Positions 12,310 to 25,899 of a stretch of DNA of 64,000 nucleotides are shown here, piece after piece (positions within the stretch are counted from its first letter, which is position 1; the number at the start of each line of letters is the position of its first letter). The translations under genes and the position numbers were made by a program. The notes beneath the pieces were generated by a model. It saw only the letters and a program-made list of their open reading frames with translations, made no database searches and was not told the origin of the DNA. Origin of the DNA: Rhina ancylostomus (lineage: Eukaryota). The stretch covers positions 62,486,507 through 62,550,506 of the forward strand of contig JARFYF010000084.1 of the NCBI GenBank assembly GCA_030265395.1, given 5' to 3'.

Positions 12310-14429
12310 TCCTATAATGAACATGTATTAATTATATGAGGTAAGCTAGGTCTTTGACTCAATTTAGCTTTAAGCGGAGATGATAAGATAATGCAGATAA
12401 ATGGCATTTTCCTGGTTTAGTTTTGAAAATCCTCTTCATAATACTTGGCTTTGAATCATAGCAAGATATGCCAAGATAAGAATGCTTTGACTTTCAACCA
12501 AGGTTTAACACTGCAGGGAACCAGTTATTAGCTATGAAAGGCTCTCAGCTTTGGCAACTCTCTCTTAAATAGTACTTATTCCAACCTTTCCTATTCTAAG
12601 AGTTTAGCAGGGTTGTTGAAAATACCTAAAAGACCGCATTAACCTAAGGCTTTAACATTACCACAAAAATTCAGGTGATTCCTGTTGGAGCAAGGGTTGC
12701 CAGGCATTAACCACAGGAACATGTGTTCTCATAGGAAACTTCAAGACTTCTGCAGAAACTATTTGAAATTCAGCATGCAGAGAAACCCTTTATCAATTCA
12801 AGATCCTTTCATATGGTTTCATAATCACATTACCATCCGTGAAGTTCACACTTATTATGGTGGTTTACCTCCTGCTGCAATGCCTTCATATATTCATTAG
12901 CCTGAACAAGAGTACTTTTTGCTCTTACTAAGGAAATTGACTTTTCACATGTTACAGAATGTCCCTATCATTTCCAGTAGAAAATCTTCGTCTTTTAGGA
13001 ACCCATTTGGGACATGTCTAGATACAGTTTCACCACCACAAAACTAGAACATTTTCATCTTCCATTAGAGAGTTGGATTCAAACTTACAGGTCCTGTAGT
13101 TCATAGCAACTATTTAACTTTTAACTTGAAGCCCTCTGTTGCTATTTATCCCTGAATATTCACAAAAATGTAAGAGAAATGCTGGTCTTGAGTGTTTGGT
13201 GGACTGCAACAAGATACCTTAACCTACTGATAAATTTCTTCTCTAAATATGCTCTGATCAGTTTTTCTCCTTGAGGAGAAATACTTGTCTTATAAAGTGT
13301 GATTCTATAAATAATCCCATCTTTTATTGTGCACCAACACAGTCCGTTACAGGAATCAATATATCATTGCAATTTTATTAGATTAATTATATTGATAATC
13401 ACCTATGGGCAAGTGGTCCATGAAGTTATGGAACCTTTGTTTCATTAAATTATGAAATTTCTCTTTCAAGTTGTTGTCCTGGACATTTTGCTACAAAATG
13501 TGACAAGAACAGAATTTTTGGCAGAATTAAATGTTTTTATTTAGATTCTTTATGCACATGAACTGAGTCCAAACTGGCGATCAAGAGTTATACAAGCTGC
13601 AATTTTCTATGCGAAGTGCAGTGGTAAACCTAAAGTTTATGGACAGAAACTTTGTATTCAAAGCATTCCTTATCATTGTCAAAAATTGGCTATCCAAGTA
13701 ACTTTCTACTCAGGTCTTTCATCTGCAGAGACTGTTCATGTTGGCATACTTCAAAGAATGAGACCTGGTATGGGGAGATGGTTTTAATTAACGGTTGCTT
13801 GGAAGATATTTGACAAATGGAATAAGCTCACCCTTTGGTGGACAGTGCAGTGGTTGGGGTCTCCAAAGAGAGGATTATATTGGCTTTCATGTACTTAGTT
13901 CAGCACTCTTGTCAACAGTTTTCAGCTCTCCAGCTAGCACATCAATATTTCAGGCTTGTGTCAGCCCAGCAGGAAAGTGAGTCCAGTTTCAAGCTGTAGC
14001 AAGCTTCACAGTCTCAGTAGTTGGCTTCTGTTTTAGACATTACATAATCAGAATGAATGGTGCCTTCATCAATTTAACTTTTCAAAGTGAATGGAAATCC
14101 ACTGTTCTATATTATAAATGCTTTATATACCTTTATTTGTGAAAAAGCCACCTGTTCTGTTCAAAGGCTAAATCTTGTGCTGATAAAACTTATATCCACT
14201 CTTCTTATGAAAGTACAGAGAGTCAAATGACTACACCAGAAGGAAAACATTAAAGACTGGTGTTCAGATTAATTGTTTTGTGTCAATGCTTCTGTATTGG
14301 TATAGCTTTCCAAACTATTAGCAGAAAAGCTATACAATCTAATTGTGGAGACAAAGGGCATGGTTGAAGTATTGGATGAATACTTTGTACATGACTTCAC
14401 TAAAGAGAATACTGTCAAAGTACTTAGAA

Positions 14430-15180
14430 ACATATGAATTAGGACCGGGAGTAGGCCACTTGTCCATGACCCAACTTCACCATTCAATAAGATCTTTGTT
14501 GGTCAGATTGTAACTTCAACTCTGCATTCCTGCCTCCACAGTGATCTTTCAACTCTTGCTTATCAAGAAATTATCCATTACTATCTTAAAATTATTCAAA
14601 GACTCTACTTCCTCTGTCATTTGAGGAAGAGAGTTCCCAAGATTCACATACCATAGAAGCCCAACAATCCACTATCTCATTTTTCAGAACTCCCATGGTT
14701 TGGCATTTGGCTCCTCTGTACTGTTTCCCATGCACCCTTTTAAAACTCACTGGGGTCCTGTCCCCTATACTCTTTTGAACTCATCTGGTTCACCAGAAAA
14801 TTTATTATATTACAGCGTAACATATAAAAAAAGTGAACTATAAGTGTGTTGAGGTACCAATAGGAATAATATCCAATAGTTCGGAAGGTCTGCTAGTGAT
14901 GTGGGACTGGATCCCAAGATGCCTGATTATTGGAATTTTACTGGATCTCTGCGAGAGAAAATGTTGCTCCATTTTTGTCTTAACTGTATCTCCCTTTATA
15001 AATAAAGAGTGACCCCCGAGCTTGAAATCTGTCCACAAGAGGAAGCATCTTCTCCACATCCACCCAGTCAAGACACCTCAAGATCTTTAACATTTCTGTC
15101 AAGTTCCCTCTCTCTCCTAGAAACTTTGNNNNNNNNNNNNNNNNNNNNNNNNNNCATATGAGAACCCATCCATTCTAGGC
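14430..15180 (-). mobile_element. CR1 3' fragment, with a possible MITE-like insert at ~14650-14945
   Basis: Minus-strand RVDVEKMLPLV...GHSLFIKG, typical of the CR1 ORF2 C-terminus. Confidence 0.6.
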
Positions 15181-15949
15181 TTTGATAAAGGGAAATCACA
15201 ATTGATAGAGCTCTCTGATGAAATAATGAAGAGAGTTAACACTGATAAAAGGTGTTTGAAGACCATAAGCAATAGTTCATTACCTTTACTTCTGCTAATA
15301 AATGACCTAACACTTTGTCAAAGAAGTATATATTTTTATCTTCTAGGGTTTATCACAAGGGCTGTTGATTTTTGCTTTATTTATATTTATGATTTGGCGG
15401 GCGCACAGCACATAATTTTGAAGTCGGCAGGTAATGCAGAGCTTCAAAACATTGTGAACTAGATAGTAACAATCTTCAGGAAGATGTAGAGGCAGGTGTT
15501 ATGGGAAAAATATAGTAAATGAAATTTAACACAGAGAAGTGTGAAGTCATATATTTTTGTGTGGAAAAATGAAGAGAGGGATTGTTAACAATATGGTGCA
15601 ATTTTAAATAGGAGTGTACATGCACACATTTTTGAAGGTGACAGATTGATTGGAAAAGGCTATCAAAGAACATATGTGATCTCAGTCTTTATTAACAATG
15701 GAATATAAAACAAAAGTAAAGAAGTCATGCTAAACCAGATGTTGATGTTCAGTAGGAGACATCACACTTCAGAGAAGCCTCAGAGTAATTGAACACTTCC
15801 CAAGATGCAATACCAGGGATGTTGGGGTCATTCTTCTTGTAGCATGTTGATGTTGATAGAAGCATTCACAATCATGATCAGTGACAGAAGACTTGGAGGC
15901 TAGGCAGCACAGATATAAGATGATTGCTAAATGAACCAAAGATACCACC

Positions 15950-16289
15950 ATGTATCTTATTAATTTTAACAAATGGATGTTGAATCATCAAATCATGCAA
16001 TGATACACCATGGACATGGAATTTTTTTATACTATGGGTTGTTGTGACCCAGAATACACTGCCTTAACTGGCATTGAAACTGATTCAATAGTATTATTCC
16101 AAAGGGAACTGGACAATTCTTGAAGAGGAAGTAGGGGTTTGAGGGAATGTGGGGGAGGGGGTAAAGGAGCAGAATTAATTTAATATGTGCACCAAAAAAA
16201 GTCCTGATAGCCTTAATTGCCATCTCTATGGTGTATCATTGCATGATTTGATGATTCAAAATTCATTTGTTAAAATCAACAAGATATAT
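15950..16289. repeat. 70-bp inverted repeat arms (63/70 identical) around a 200-bp spacer
   Basis: 15950-16019 is the reverse complement of 16220-16289, including a perfect 32-bp core. Confidence 0.9.
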
Positions 16290-17559
16290 AGTGTAAATCT
16301 CCAAAATGTGACACACCTGTAATGACAGATATTCAGTTCATACACATTGTGATGTTGGCATGCTAGTCAACTAACTAATCTAGAATCTAGTTTCTAATTG
16401 TAATCTATTAATGCTATTCAGTGAAAATTGTATTGATTTGCTTTTAATGAAAGTTCAGATGCTGATAGCTGTAATGAAATACAAAGGTTTTCAAAGATGC
16501 CTCAATGCTGCTGAAATTTCCATATTTAGACATTTTTTCTGCTTTTGACTGATCACCTTAGTTAATCCCATGGCACATTATAAATTTTATTCAGTTTGAA
16601 CTGCATGAATTTATAATTCAGCAAGTAGACTTAGATCTTTGATTCTCATCACCGAATCTGTCAGCATAGCTGTTTATAACAAGGCTTTGTTCAATCATTA
16701 CGCCAACAACCCTTTACGTTACTTTAGAAAGATTGGAATTTACTGTTAATTGGAAACATCTGTCTAACACACACAGTATTTCTTTCTGATAACACCAAAA
16801 AATTTTATGTAATTACACTTCAGCATAATGTTTAGTGCATCATTTCTCTCTGACTTTTCAAGTTCCTTAAACAATGTATGATCTGAGGATCTAGCGGACA
16901 TCTGTTTTACTGCTTTATTTTCTGAAAAACTATTGCACCACTTTCTTGGCAAGAACTTTCCCCTCTGAGTAATACAAAATTCCCAGGATATCTTAAGAGT
17001 GTCTCCCTACAAGGCTAGTGTTTGTTTTTGGGTTATACTCAGATATTTCTCTGTGTTAGTCACCAAAAGCCACTCTCATAACTGATCCTTTCTTGCTAAG
17101 AATTGAACAACGACTTTCTATATACAATAATATCTGCAATATAGCAGTGGCCAGTGGCTGAACAGAAATCTTTGATATTGCAGTTTTTTTCTGGAACTGA
17201 CATTCTGCAATGTCTAGATGTCAGATGAATAAACTGTATCAGATTATAAGACTAAAATTTTAATATATGTATTATCATTATTAAAATTTGATTAAACAGT
17301 AGCATAAAGTCAATACATAGCATATGGTTTGATTATTATTTTTCTGTTTACATCCCCTCACATATAAAAAAGATGGAATTCACATATAGTCTTCATGACA
17401 AGTGGTAGAAAATAGAAGCCTAACTCGAAGATGTAACAGAATAACCAGAAATCAAAATATAAAAACAAGTAGTCAGAACACATTTGAATACTTGAACGGT
17501 GATTTTGAATTATTTGTTGAGTAATGCAGTTGCAGTAGTCAGTTTGTCTTTTGATAACA

Positions 17560-18570
17560 TATCCCATAATAGGCCAATGACTCAGATCAGAGTGTGATAG
17601 AGTTAGGAGACAAGCAGTAAAATGGAAGGCAAACCTTAAAAGTAGTAACATCAGAAAACAAAGACTGAGGATTGAGATTAACTATCCAGACTGGTAACAG
17701 TTCAAAAGTGATCAGTGCTGGAACAATTATAGTTCAGAATTTATGAATGACCTGAACTCATGAACTGGAAGTACAATTTCAAAATTTGCAGACAACAGTT
17801 TGGGAATACACTTCATAAAAGATAGAATGTCATAAAATACCGGCAGACATTAATAAATTTGTAGGATACATGTCTCATTGGCAAATTGATTTCAATGTAG
17901 ATGTGAGGTGGTATATTTTGGTAGATAAAATGTAGAGTCCATTTGGCAAATAAGAGCCTAAATGTGGTAGAGCAGCAACAGGATGCAGGGATACAGATAA
18001 ACCAACAAGTATAATTAACAATGTGAATTAATAAGGCCACTTAAAATGGACAGCTGTAGGATTTATTTATAGAATGATGCTAATGAAAAGTAAAGGAGTT
18101 AATATAAATGTGTGAAATCTAGGTATGATTTACGTAACATAATCAGAATTTAAAAGAACTGTTGTGAAGATGCAAACAAAAATATTTATAGGGTTCATAC
18201 CAGAGCTGAGAAGATTAACTAATTAAGAAAGATAAACAATTTGGGGATCTTCACATTAGAAAGGAGAATGGTAAGACATGACAGGATAGGTTCCTTTAAG
18301 CTAATAGATGAGCTAGATGGGAGAGAAGTAGAGAAAATATTTTCACTTCAGTGTTTCAAAATCAGAGATCGCACTTTATACAATAGCCACTAATAAATCA
18401 GACAGGGTATTTGGGAAAAATCTCATACCGAGGGAATGGGAAGAATGTGGAATATGCTCCATTGTGGAATGTGGAACATAAGGAATAGAAAAGTATGGTC
18501 ATAGGCTAAAGAGTAGAAAAGTGGGAGGATGCCCATGGGTGGAACATGAATGCCATCATAGGCCAAATCA
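17560..18570 (+). mobile_element. Old CR1-type LINE remnant
   Basis: Decayed SKFAD, FNVD.CEV..FG, FIPELR and LEKRMVR-like RT-downstream motifs. Confidence 0.55.
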
Positions 18571-18759
18571 TTTTCAATAAATTCTTTAATTCACTACATT
18601 GACATATAATTTCCAGCTTTTCTATCCAACCAGAATGAATTGGCATGGTATTGAAGTAGACCCCATGATTTCATTTCCACTACTTAAAAGCATGAAATTT
18701 CATAGGTTCAGGAATTGGCTGCACAAGAGAAGAACAGAAGAAAATTGTCTTCAGACTCA

Positions 18760-18955
18760 CCATAGCTGCCCCTTGCTTCAGAGTGGCATTGCTTGGTATT
18801 ATGTTTGGAGTCTAAAAGGACTCAAAGGACAGTTGTTTTTTCTGCTAATGTGAGGAAGAAGCTTCCTTGTGAGAATAAGGCAGAATGGATGGCGAAAGCC
18901 AAAAAAGTGAACAGCAATAAGTGAAAATGATCAGATGCACAATGATGATCTTAAA
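18760..18955 (+). pseudogene. Harbinger-associated Myb/SANT-like gene remnant
   Basis: Frameshifted AAPCFRVALLGIM...LFSANVRKKLPCENKAEWMAKAKKVNS...IRC..DDL, resembling the APRF..LF..RK..W..A..V..QC..NDL pattern of Harbinger Myb-like proteins. Confidence 0.5.
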
Positions 18956-19129
18956 CATTCTTTCTTGAAATTCTGATTCACACCTTTAATTTCCTGCTTG
19001 AGTTTCACCCATTAGCTATGATTGAACTGACCTTTGAACAAATGCCTCCAGGACCTCACAGAGCTCTTTCATAGTACGAATGTTGCAGGACAACCAGGCT
19101 CCACAGATTGACAAGAAAATGCTCAGTGG

Positions 19130-19870
19130 CTTATTGTAAACAAGGGTCTGAGGCATTGAGTACAAGAGTTGGGACATCATGTTACAGCTGTACAAAACAT
19201 TGGTTAGACTGCACTTGGAATCTTGTGTGCAGTTCTAGTCACCACATGAGAGGAAGGATATGATTAAGCTGTAGAGGGTGCAGAAAGGTTTCACAAGGAT
19301 GTTGTCTGGATTGGAGGTCTTGAGTTATAAGGAGAGATTGAATAGGTTAAGTCTTTTTTCTCTGAAGCCAACAAAGCTAAGAGGTGACACGATAGAGGTA
19401 TATAAAATATAGGTAGTGTAGATAACCAGAGTCTGTTTCCCAAGCTAGGGGTGTCTAAAACTAGAAGGTATAAGTTTAAAGTGAGAGGGAAGAGGTTTAA
19501 AGGGGATCTGTCGGGTAAAATTTTCATACAAAGAGTAATTGGTGTTTGGAATGGGCTGNNNNNNNNNNNNNNNNNNNNNNNNNNNNNNNNNNNNNNNNNN
19601 NNNNNNNNNNNNNNNNNNNNNNNNNNNNNNNNNNNNNNNNNNNNNNNNNNNNNNNNNNATTGGTATTTGGAATGGGCTGCTGGAGGAGGTGGAGGAGGCA
19701 GGAACAAGAGCAACATTTAAGAGACAGCTTGACAGATACCTGAATGAGCAAGACATAGTGGGATATGGAATTAATGCATGTAAGTGGAATTAATAGATAG
19801 GCATGATGGTCGGCATGGACATGGTAGGCCAAAGGGCCTGTTTCCATGCAGTACAACTCTATATCTCTAA
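19130..19870 (+). mobile_element. CR1 LINE 3' end
   Basis: SKTRRYKFKVRGKRFKGDLSGKIFIQRVIGVWNGL...TFKRQLDRYLN, followed by a typical CR1 tail. Confidence 0.88.
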
Positions 19871-19949
19871 GGAAGGTCTGTGAAAGAGATGATGATGACA
19901 AGGAAAGTTGCGGCTCTAACCAAAGTACTTCAAATTCAGTACTCCAATC

Positions 19950-20800
19950 CCAACTCCATCATTGGCTCAGTCATTACCACACATGCTGACTCATGACCTG
20001 ACAGCTGTGTGCCCCAAATGAAGGTGGAAATTTCTGAGTCTGTGTCCCACACACTCAAAGCCAATCAACCAAAAGCATATCAGTAGAGATCTGAGCAGTC
20101 AGACTTTGCTTGTTCTGCTTGCAGCATTTCTGGGAAGATTTGTCCTATAGTCTGCTCAGTGATACAGTTGGTGGTCTGACTGCTTTGGTTGAACTGCCCC
20201 TTGGCTAATGGCCAGCCTGTAATCATGCTTTGACATATTGATAGCTCAGGAAGTGTGGACAGCTGTTGGACAAAGACATTGTAGCAGCTGCCAGGTAATC
20301 TTGCACTGAACTGCATGAATGTCCTTCTGTTCTTGCATACTGGCTGGACATTACAGAGTGCAAGTCCTTCTGGCTTATTAACAATCTTGGATGATTTGAT
20401 GGTGCCTTTACTGCCACAGGTGTGTAATCAATGATTCCCTGCACTTGTGGGAAACCATAAGAGCACCAAACCCAAGAATCTTTTCATTCAGAACAGAAAT
20501 ACCACAGCGAAGTTGATACAATTGCCAGCCTTGGTAAATGAACTGTCAGCTACTTGCTCTATACATTTTGTATTGCAAATTATGAACATCTGCAAAGTCA
20601 TGATGAAAAGGTTAAGGGTAATATTGACTTTGATTGCCACTGGCAAAGCATAGCTAGCAGGCAACAGGTATGGCTCCAATAGGCCACAAATATTGGCCAC
20701 AACTTGATATGAGACCTCACGCCTCCTGAGATGTTGCTGTTCAGACATGATGAGAAAACTCATCCTCTTCCACACATTTTGTGTATTGAGTGGTACCTCC
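19950..20800 (-). pseudogene. Harbinger/PIF (HARBI1-like) transposase fossil
   Basis: SFLIMSEQQHLRR..VVANICGLLEPYLLP..ALPVAIKVNITLNLF; QGIIDYTPVAVKAP (GAIDCTH motif); ARLPGSCYNVF (PGSxHD motif). Multiple frameshifts. Confidence 0.8.
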
Positions 20801-22539
20801 ACTATGTTCCACCCCTCTGTCTCACCCAGGTCTTTGAGGAGCAGCTTGTTGGTATTCTGAGACTTGGGATGATTTGATCGTAGTGCCTCTTTCTCATGTA
20901 AAGGTAGATAAGACACTCATGTGAATTTGGCCATTGAGAGCTCTGAAAACACTGCATAGGTAGCATTTGCAAAGTTTGGCACCTGATCAATAAAGTTTGC
21001 TGGACAACCTGAAACAATAACTCTGTTTCTCAATCCACATTCGCTTCCTAACCTGTAAAAGATTGTCAGCACTTTCTGTTTTCATTACAAGATTCACAAA
21101 CTGCTCTCCTACAACGTTACCTTCAAACTCATCTTCAAAGCTTTCCAAGTAATCTCTCAGCCAACTTATGTAAAACTACTTATGCAACCTGTTTTAGACT
21201 TAAGTATTTACAGACAGGTCTGACCCTCAAATATTTACACCATCAAATGCCACTACTGAATCCCAAGGACTTTGTGGAACTGTGTGTTATAGAACAATAT
21301 TACTCCATTTAATGCATGAGAATTAGATGATCACAGGTCATGCATCATAGACTATTACTAACATAAAATCATGAATTCAATATGCTACTTAACATCCATT
21401 TTTTTTATTTTTAATAGACTTAAGAACAGTCTATGTTCTTTAGCAATAATTGTTAAACAGGTATTTCAAAGTGAGTTTTTTCTTAAGCAATCCAGAGATA
21501 AAGGGACCAATGATTTGTTTCTGCTGAAACAGAAGTATAATAGCTGAACTTACTGGATAATGTAGGTGAAATAAAATAACATTTTAATGCGTCCATTTTG
21601 TTGCATCATGTATTGTCAGCTGCGTGTCCCAACAGCTCTTAAAGGGATGTTTGCTATCATGCAACTGGTCCATTCTTGGGTACTACTTCAGAAGACTAAC
21701 ACTTAAAAGGACTGTCGTTGTGGAGGTAACAGTCATAAGGCAGCATAGATTGAAGATGACATACATTGAAGTTATGATCTGAAGCTTGGGGAAAATGAGG
21801 GAAAAAAATTGGGCTACACCAAATTACCAAGTAAGTATGATAACATTTTACTTAATTTTATGTTACCTTTCAATTCATCTGTCCTCCCCTTGGAATATTA
21901 TCAGAGAGAAAGCATGAACTGTACTTTGCCATCTGCACTTTTAAGTTTCCAAATACACAGTCATACTCAAGTTAATTCAATGCATTTGCAATGTGTTGAT
22001 CCCGGGGGACATTAAATTTGGCAGGCATAGGCATACTTAAAGAGTAAGAAATCTGAATGTTGTATATTTGTGCACACAGAAATAGCTGCTGCTTTGTGCA
22101 CTCAAATGTTGCACATAGGGTGTTAATTATTCTTGTTCCTAAACGTACGAGTCACCAGAGAATAGCAAAGGCAAGAAAACTGGAAGAACTCTTTTTTTTC
22201 TCTCAAATAGTGCTTTNNNNNNNNNNNNNNNNNNNNNNNNNNNNNNNNNNNNNNNNNNNNNNNNNNNCCAGTCAATGGCATTCCAGTATGCCCAAACAGA
22301 GGATGTGACAGGAGGCTGGAAGGTGGAGGTTAGTGGTTGGGTCGGGGGCGGGGGGTGGTGGGAGGGGGAAGGTGTGATCTTTAATTCCTTATCAAGGCAT
22401 GGTCATGTCATTCATGGAGTTTAGAGCCAGTAGCCAGAGTGGAAAATATTAAAAATCTCTATATGTTCAAGTTTATTATCCTTCATGTTTATCCTCTGTC
22501 TCCGCAGTAACTACCTCAGTCCCTGTGTTACTGGTCCTG

Positions 22540-23260
22540 CAGTATGGCAGAATTATATAGCCTAATGCAGATGGTTTCAAATTTGATCAGAATTGTACTT
22601 CAAAGCTCTCCAAATAGTATAGTCAGTGCAAGTGTTGTTTTGAGAACACATGCTCATTGGTCATTTCTCATGATTTTTCCCTGTATTATGAGCTGCTTCC
22701 AAAGACAACAACCTTTGTGCTCATTGGCTAGGTATTGATCTTGCTTGGAATAGATAGTACAGAGGACTGACAAAGGATGATTGAATCATAATGTTTTATG
22801 GAAAGCAAAAACAGACCTGCAGGATCTGCTGATTACGGTTGCAAACATACTGTACCTTCAGAAAGTGATTTCCTTTCTACTAAAAAAGATGCCAGGCTGG
22901 GAATACGTGGAACATAAGGCAATGTGGTTACCGTAGACAGCACATCACATCCTAGGGAAGCCTGTTATGCAGGTGAAGCTGTGTACTTTATTGTTCTGAT
23001 TTGTTTGCTCATAGACTATGTGAAACAGGTTTGTCTTCTGGAATAGATATGTTCAGTCACCTCCCTTTGCAGCAAACTGCAAAGTGTCATTGTTACAAGC
23101 TTCAGTCTGCAATGACTGTGGGTCATCAGAGGGCCAGTGATGACCATGGCACCAACAAGCAATGCTGTCAATATTTCACTTTGCAGCTCCACTTGTGTGG
23201 AACCCATGAAGCATCTTTGTTAACTGCCTCTTAGATGATTTGCTAGAACATCACACATCT
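22540..23260 (-). pseudogene. Second Harbinger transposase fossil
   Basis: Minus strand, by manual translation across frameshifts: ELQSEILTALLVGAMV, REVTEHIYSRR, SFTCITGFPRM*CAVYGNHIAL, RKGNHFLKVQYVCNRNQQILQV, ALKYNSDQ. Confidence 0.7.
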
Positions 23261-23644
23261 CCATGAAGCAGTTAACTTCAGCAAATTTAAGGTATGGATT
23301 TCTTAAAAGCCCACTTTGGCTATAGGGTCCTCCAAAATGACCTCATCTTTCCCCTTCTTTCAGCTCCTATTCTCTCATGTCTTCTTAGCCATTCCCCATC
23401 CTCCTCCAACCTCAAAGGCTGATCTGTCAGACCATCAATGACAGTGAACACAAACTGGAATAACCAGTTTGCACACTAAGAGTTCAACAGCAGGGCACTG
23501 ATTATGCCCTAAAGTGCTTAATGGGACCACTGAAAGCTGCTGAGAAAAAGGTAACTTTTCCACTTATGGCTTCTCTGGCCCATTTGCCTCCATCTCTAAA
23601 AGTGTGCCTCCGCCTCTCATCTTAGCATTCCATCCCCCACTTAC

Positions 23645-23961
23645 TGTCATGGTTCTGACTACTGGCCCTTGATTTGGCTCCTTAGATGCCTTGTTGTACA
23701 GCACATGGATTCCATGCTNNNNNNNNNNNNNNNNNNNNNNNNNNNNNNNNNNNNNNNNNNNNNNNNNNNNNNNNNNNNNNNNNNNNNNNNNNNNNNNNNN
23801 NNNNNNNNNNNNNNNNNNGATTCCTACTCAGATCTCTGAGGCAAGATTCCTTCCAGTTGCTGCTGGTGTTTGGTCCTGAGGAAGCATCCTGACTCTAGTC
23901 CTGCACCAGTGTGCCACAGTTGGGTTCTCTGTGAGCTTGCTCTTCACTCAACATTATGACA
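23645..23961 (+). mobile_element. LTR-type insertion (solo LTR or collapsed element) with 5-bp TSD CTTAC
   Basis: TGTCAT...ATGACA termini. CTTAC at 23640-23644 and 23962-23966. Internal 100-N gap. Transcriptional orientation not established. Confidence 0.8.
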
Positions 23962-24629
23962 CTTACTCCCTTGCCCCTGACCCCCCACCCCATTCCCCTG
24001 CATGCCTCCCACTATCCCTAGCAAACACTTTCCTACCAGCTGGCTTGGGACAGAATTCAAACAATTTTATACAATGCAAAACCAATATATTGCAGCAGGA
24101 TGCTTGTGACTTCCTATGTTGCTATAGTTGTAGTTGGAAATCCCACTTTCACCATTATGCTTTGCATCAAATCTATACAATCCAAAAACAGCAGATTTGA
24201 TAATTATTTACCACTGCTGATTCCAATAAATTTCTCTTGCCTTGTTTTACATTCCTATCCACATTCCCATTTGGTACTTTCACAATGCTTTTTGTTTAAT
24301 TTTATGAAGGTAAGTAAATAAATAAAACAATAAGGAGATGATGGTTTGCCCCAATGACAACAGTGCTAATGGAGCTATATGCATAACTATTTCCAGAATG
24401 CATTTTGTTGTATGATTTTCATTTGAAGATTTTCATTTGTTATAACCTCGATGTTTTTGTGATTTGATGTCTCTTGTTTTCAATGAAGAATTCTCCGAAG
24501 GTAATAGCAGATATTATGCACCTCAGGTCACTTTGTGACACTCATGTCTAAGTACTTTTTTCCAGGCAGGAATATGGCCATTAGCCATATTTCTACATGT
24601 ATGATATGAAGTATAACTGTTGATAAGGA

Positions 24630-25860
24630 CCTACTACTTAGGCAGTCCTTTGGAATCGAGGATGACTTGCATGCACTCCAGTTTTGGGGGTCTGAGATTC
24701 AAGTGCAAGTTCAAGTTTATTGTCATAGCCATATATACCCAGGGTATAAATGCCATGAAAATTAGCTTTTTGCAGCTGCAGCATAGTACATTACAAATAT
24801 GACAAACATGGACTTAAATCAACATTAATCATACATAACTTGTGTGACAAAATAAACATAATGACATTCATGCAAGTTGAGAGAAAAAAGAAATCCCATT
24901 TTATCTTATCCTGTGATAACTAACTCTTATCCTGCTGTTTTAGGAGATAGGTTGCTAATGGGGCCAGTGTAGGATCCATTGGCTCTTCCACAGATATCAG
25001 GATGTAGTCAAAGGTGGGTAGCTAACAGGTTAGTGTGTAAGCTGGTGCGCTGTTTACATAGGACTTCTGTGTTTCTGATGCATGACTTCAAGGTTCTCAA
25101 TCCCAATCAGAATGTTCCTTCTCCACTTTGAGCAGTTATAGGCTAGAGGTTTCCAGGAGTCAGTGGGGATGTTGCACTTCTTCAAGAAAGCTTTGTGCAC
25201 TTCTGAGTCTTTCTCTCCATCTAGTAATCTCTTATGCCAAAGCTTGGAATATTGTGTTTGTTTCTGCTCCAAGATATAGGATTTGGTCCATATTTTGCAG
25301 TATTTTGTCATGAACTGTTACTGCTGAAGGGCAGCCTAATCATCTAGGGCAGGTTAGTAGATGACCTGGTTTTTGTGGATGTTAAGTGTAAGGTTTATCC
25401 TCTCATGTGCTTCAGTAAACAAATCGATCATGTCTTGGAGCTCTGATTCTGAGTGTGTACAAATGTAAGCATTGTTTGCATACTGGAGTTCAACTACTGA
25501 GGTTTAGGTGATCTTGGTTCTGCAGTGTAGTTACTGTAGGTTGAGCAATTTCCAATTCATTCCAAAGATCAGCTCCACTCACATAGTCTGTTGCAGGTAA
25601 AGTGCACATTGCAGAAAGGAAGATTGAGAAAAGTGTTGGGACAATGATGCAGCCTTGTTTGACACCACTCTTCACTTACATTCATTCTGTTGTAGCCCAT
25701 TATGGCTTGAATAACCTTGGATATCCTATGACAAATTTCCTTGCACAATGGCAAATATCCTGTTTTCAGGATCCTTGTTATAGAATGACAAATCAGAGCT
25801 AAAACACTATACACCTTAACTGCAAAACCATGCTTGTCAGAAATTTTGAAATACACCTGG
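24630..25860 (-). mobile_element. RTE-clade LINE (RT and 3' tail), interrupted by a LINE tail at ~24698-24880
   Basis: VKSGVKQGCIIVPTLFSIF; KAFLKKCNIPTDSW..LAYNCSKWRR; tail TTAGGCAGTCC..GGAATCGAGGATGACTTGC. Confidence 0.75.
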
Positions 25861-25899
25861 AAAATGCCATGTTTTAGCAGGGCATTTTTTTTGCAAAAT

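Noticed and set aside
11819-12331. 170-aa Pro/Ser/Leu-rich ORF
   Set aside because: Translation of the pyrimidine-rich Penelope 3' UTR.
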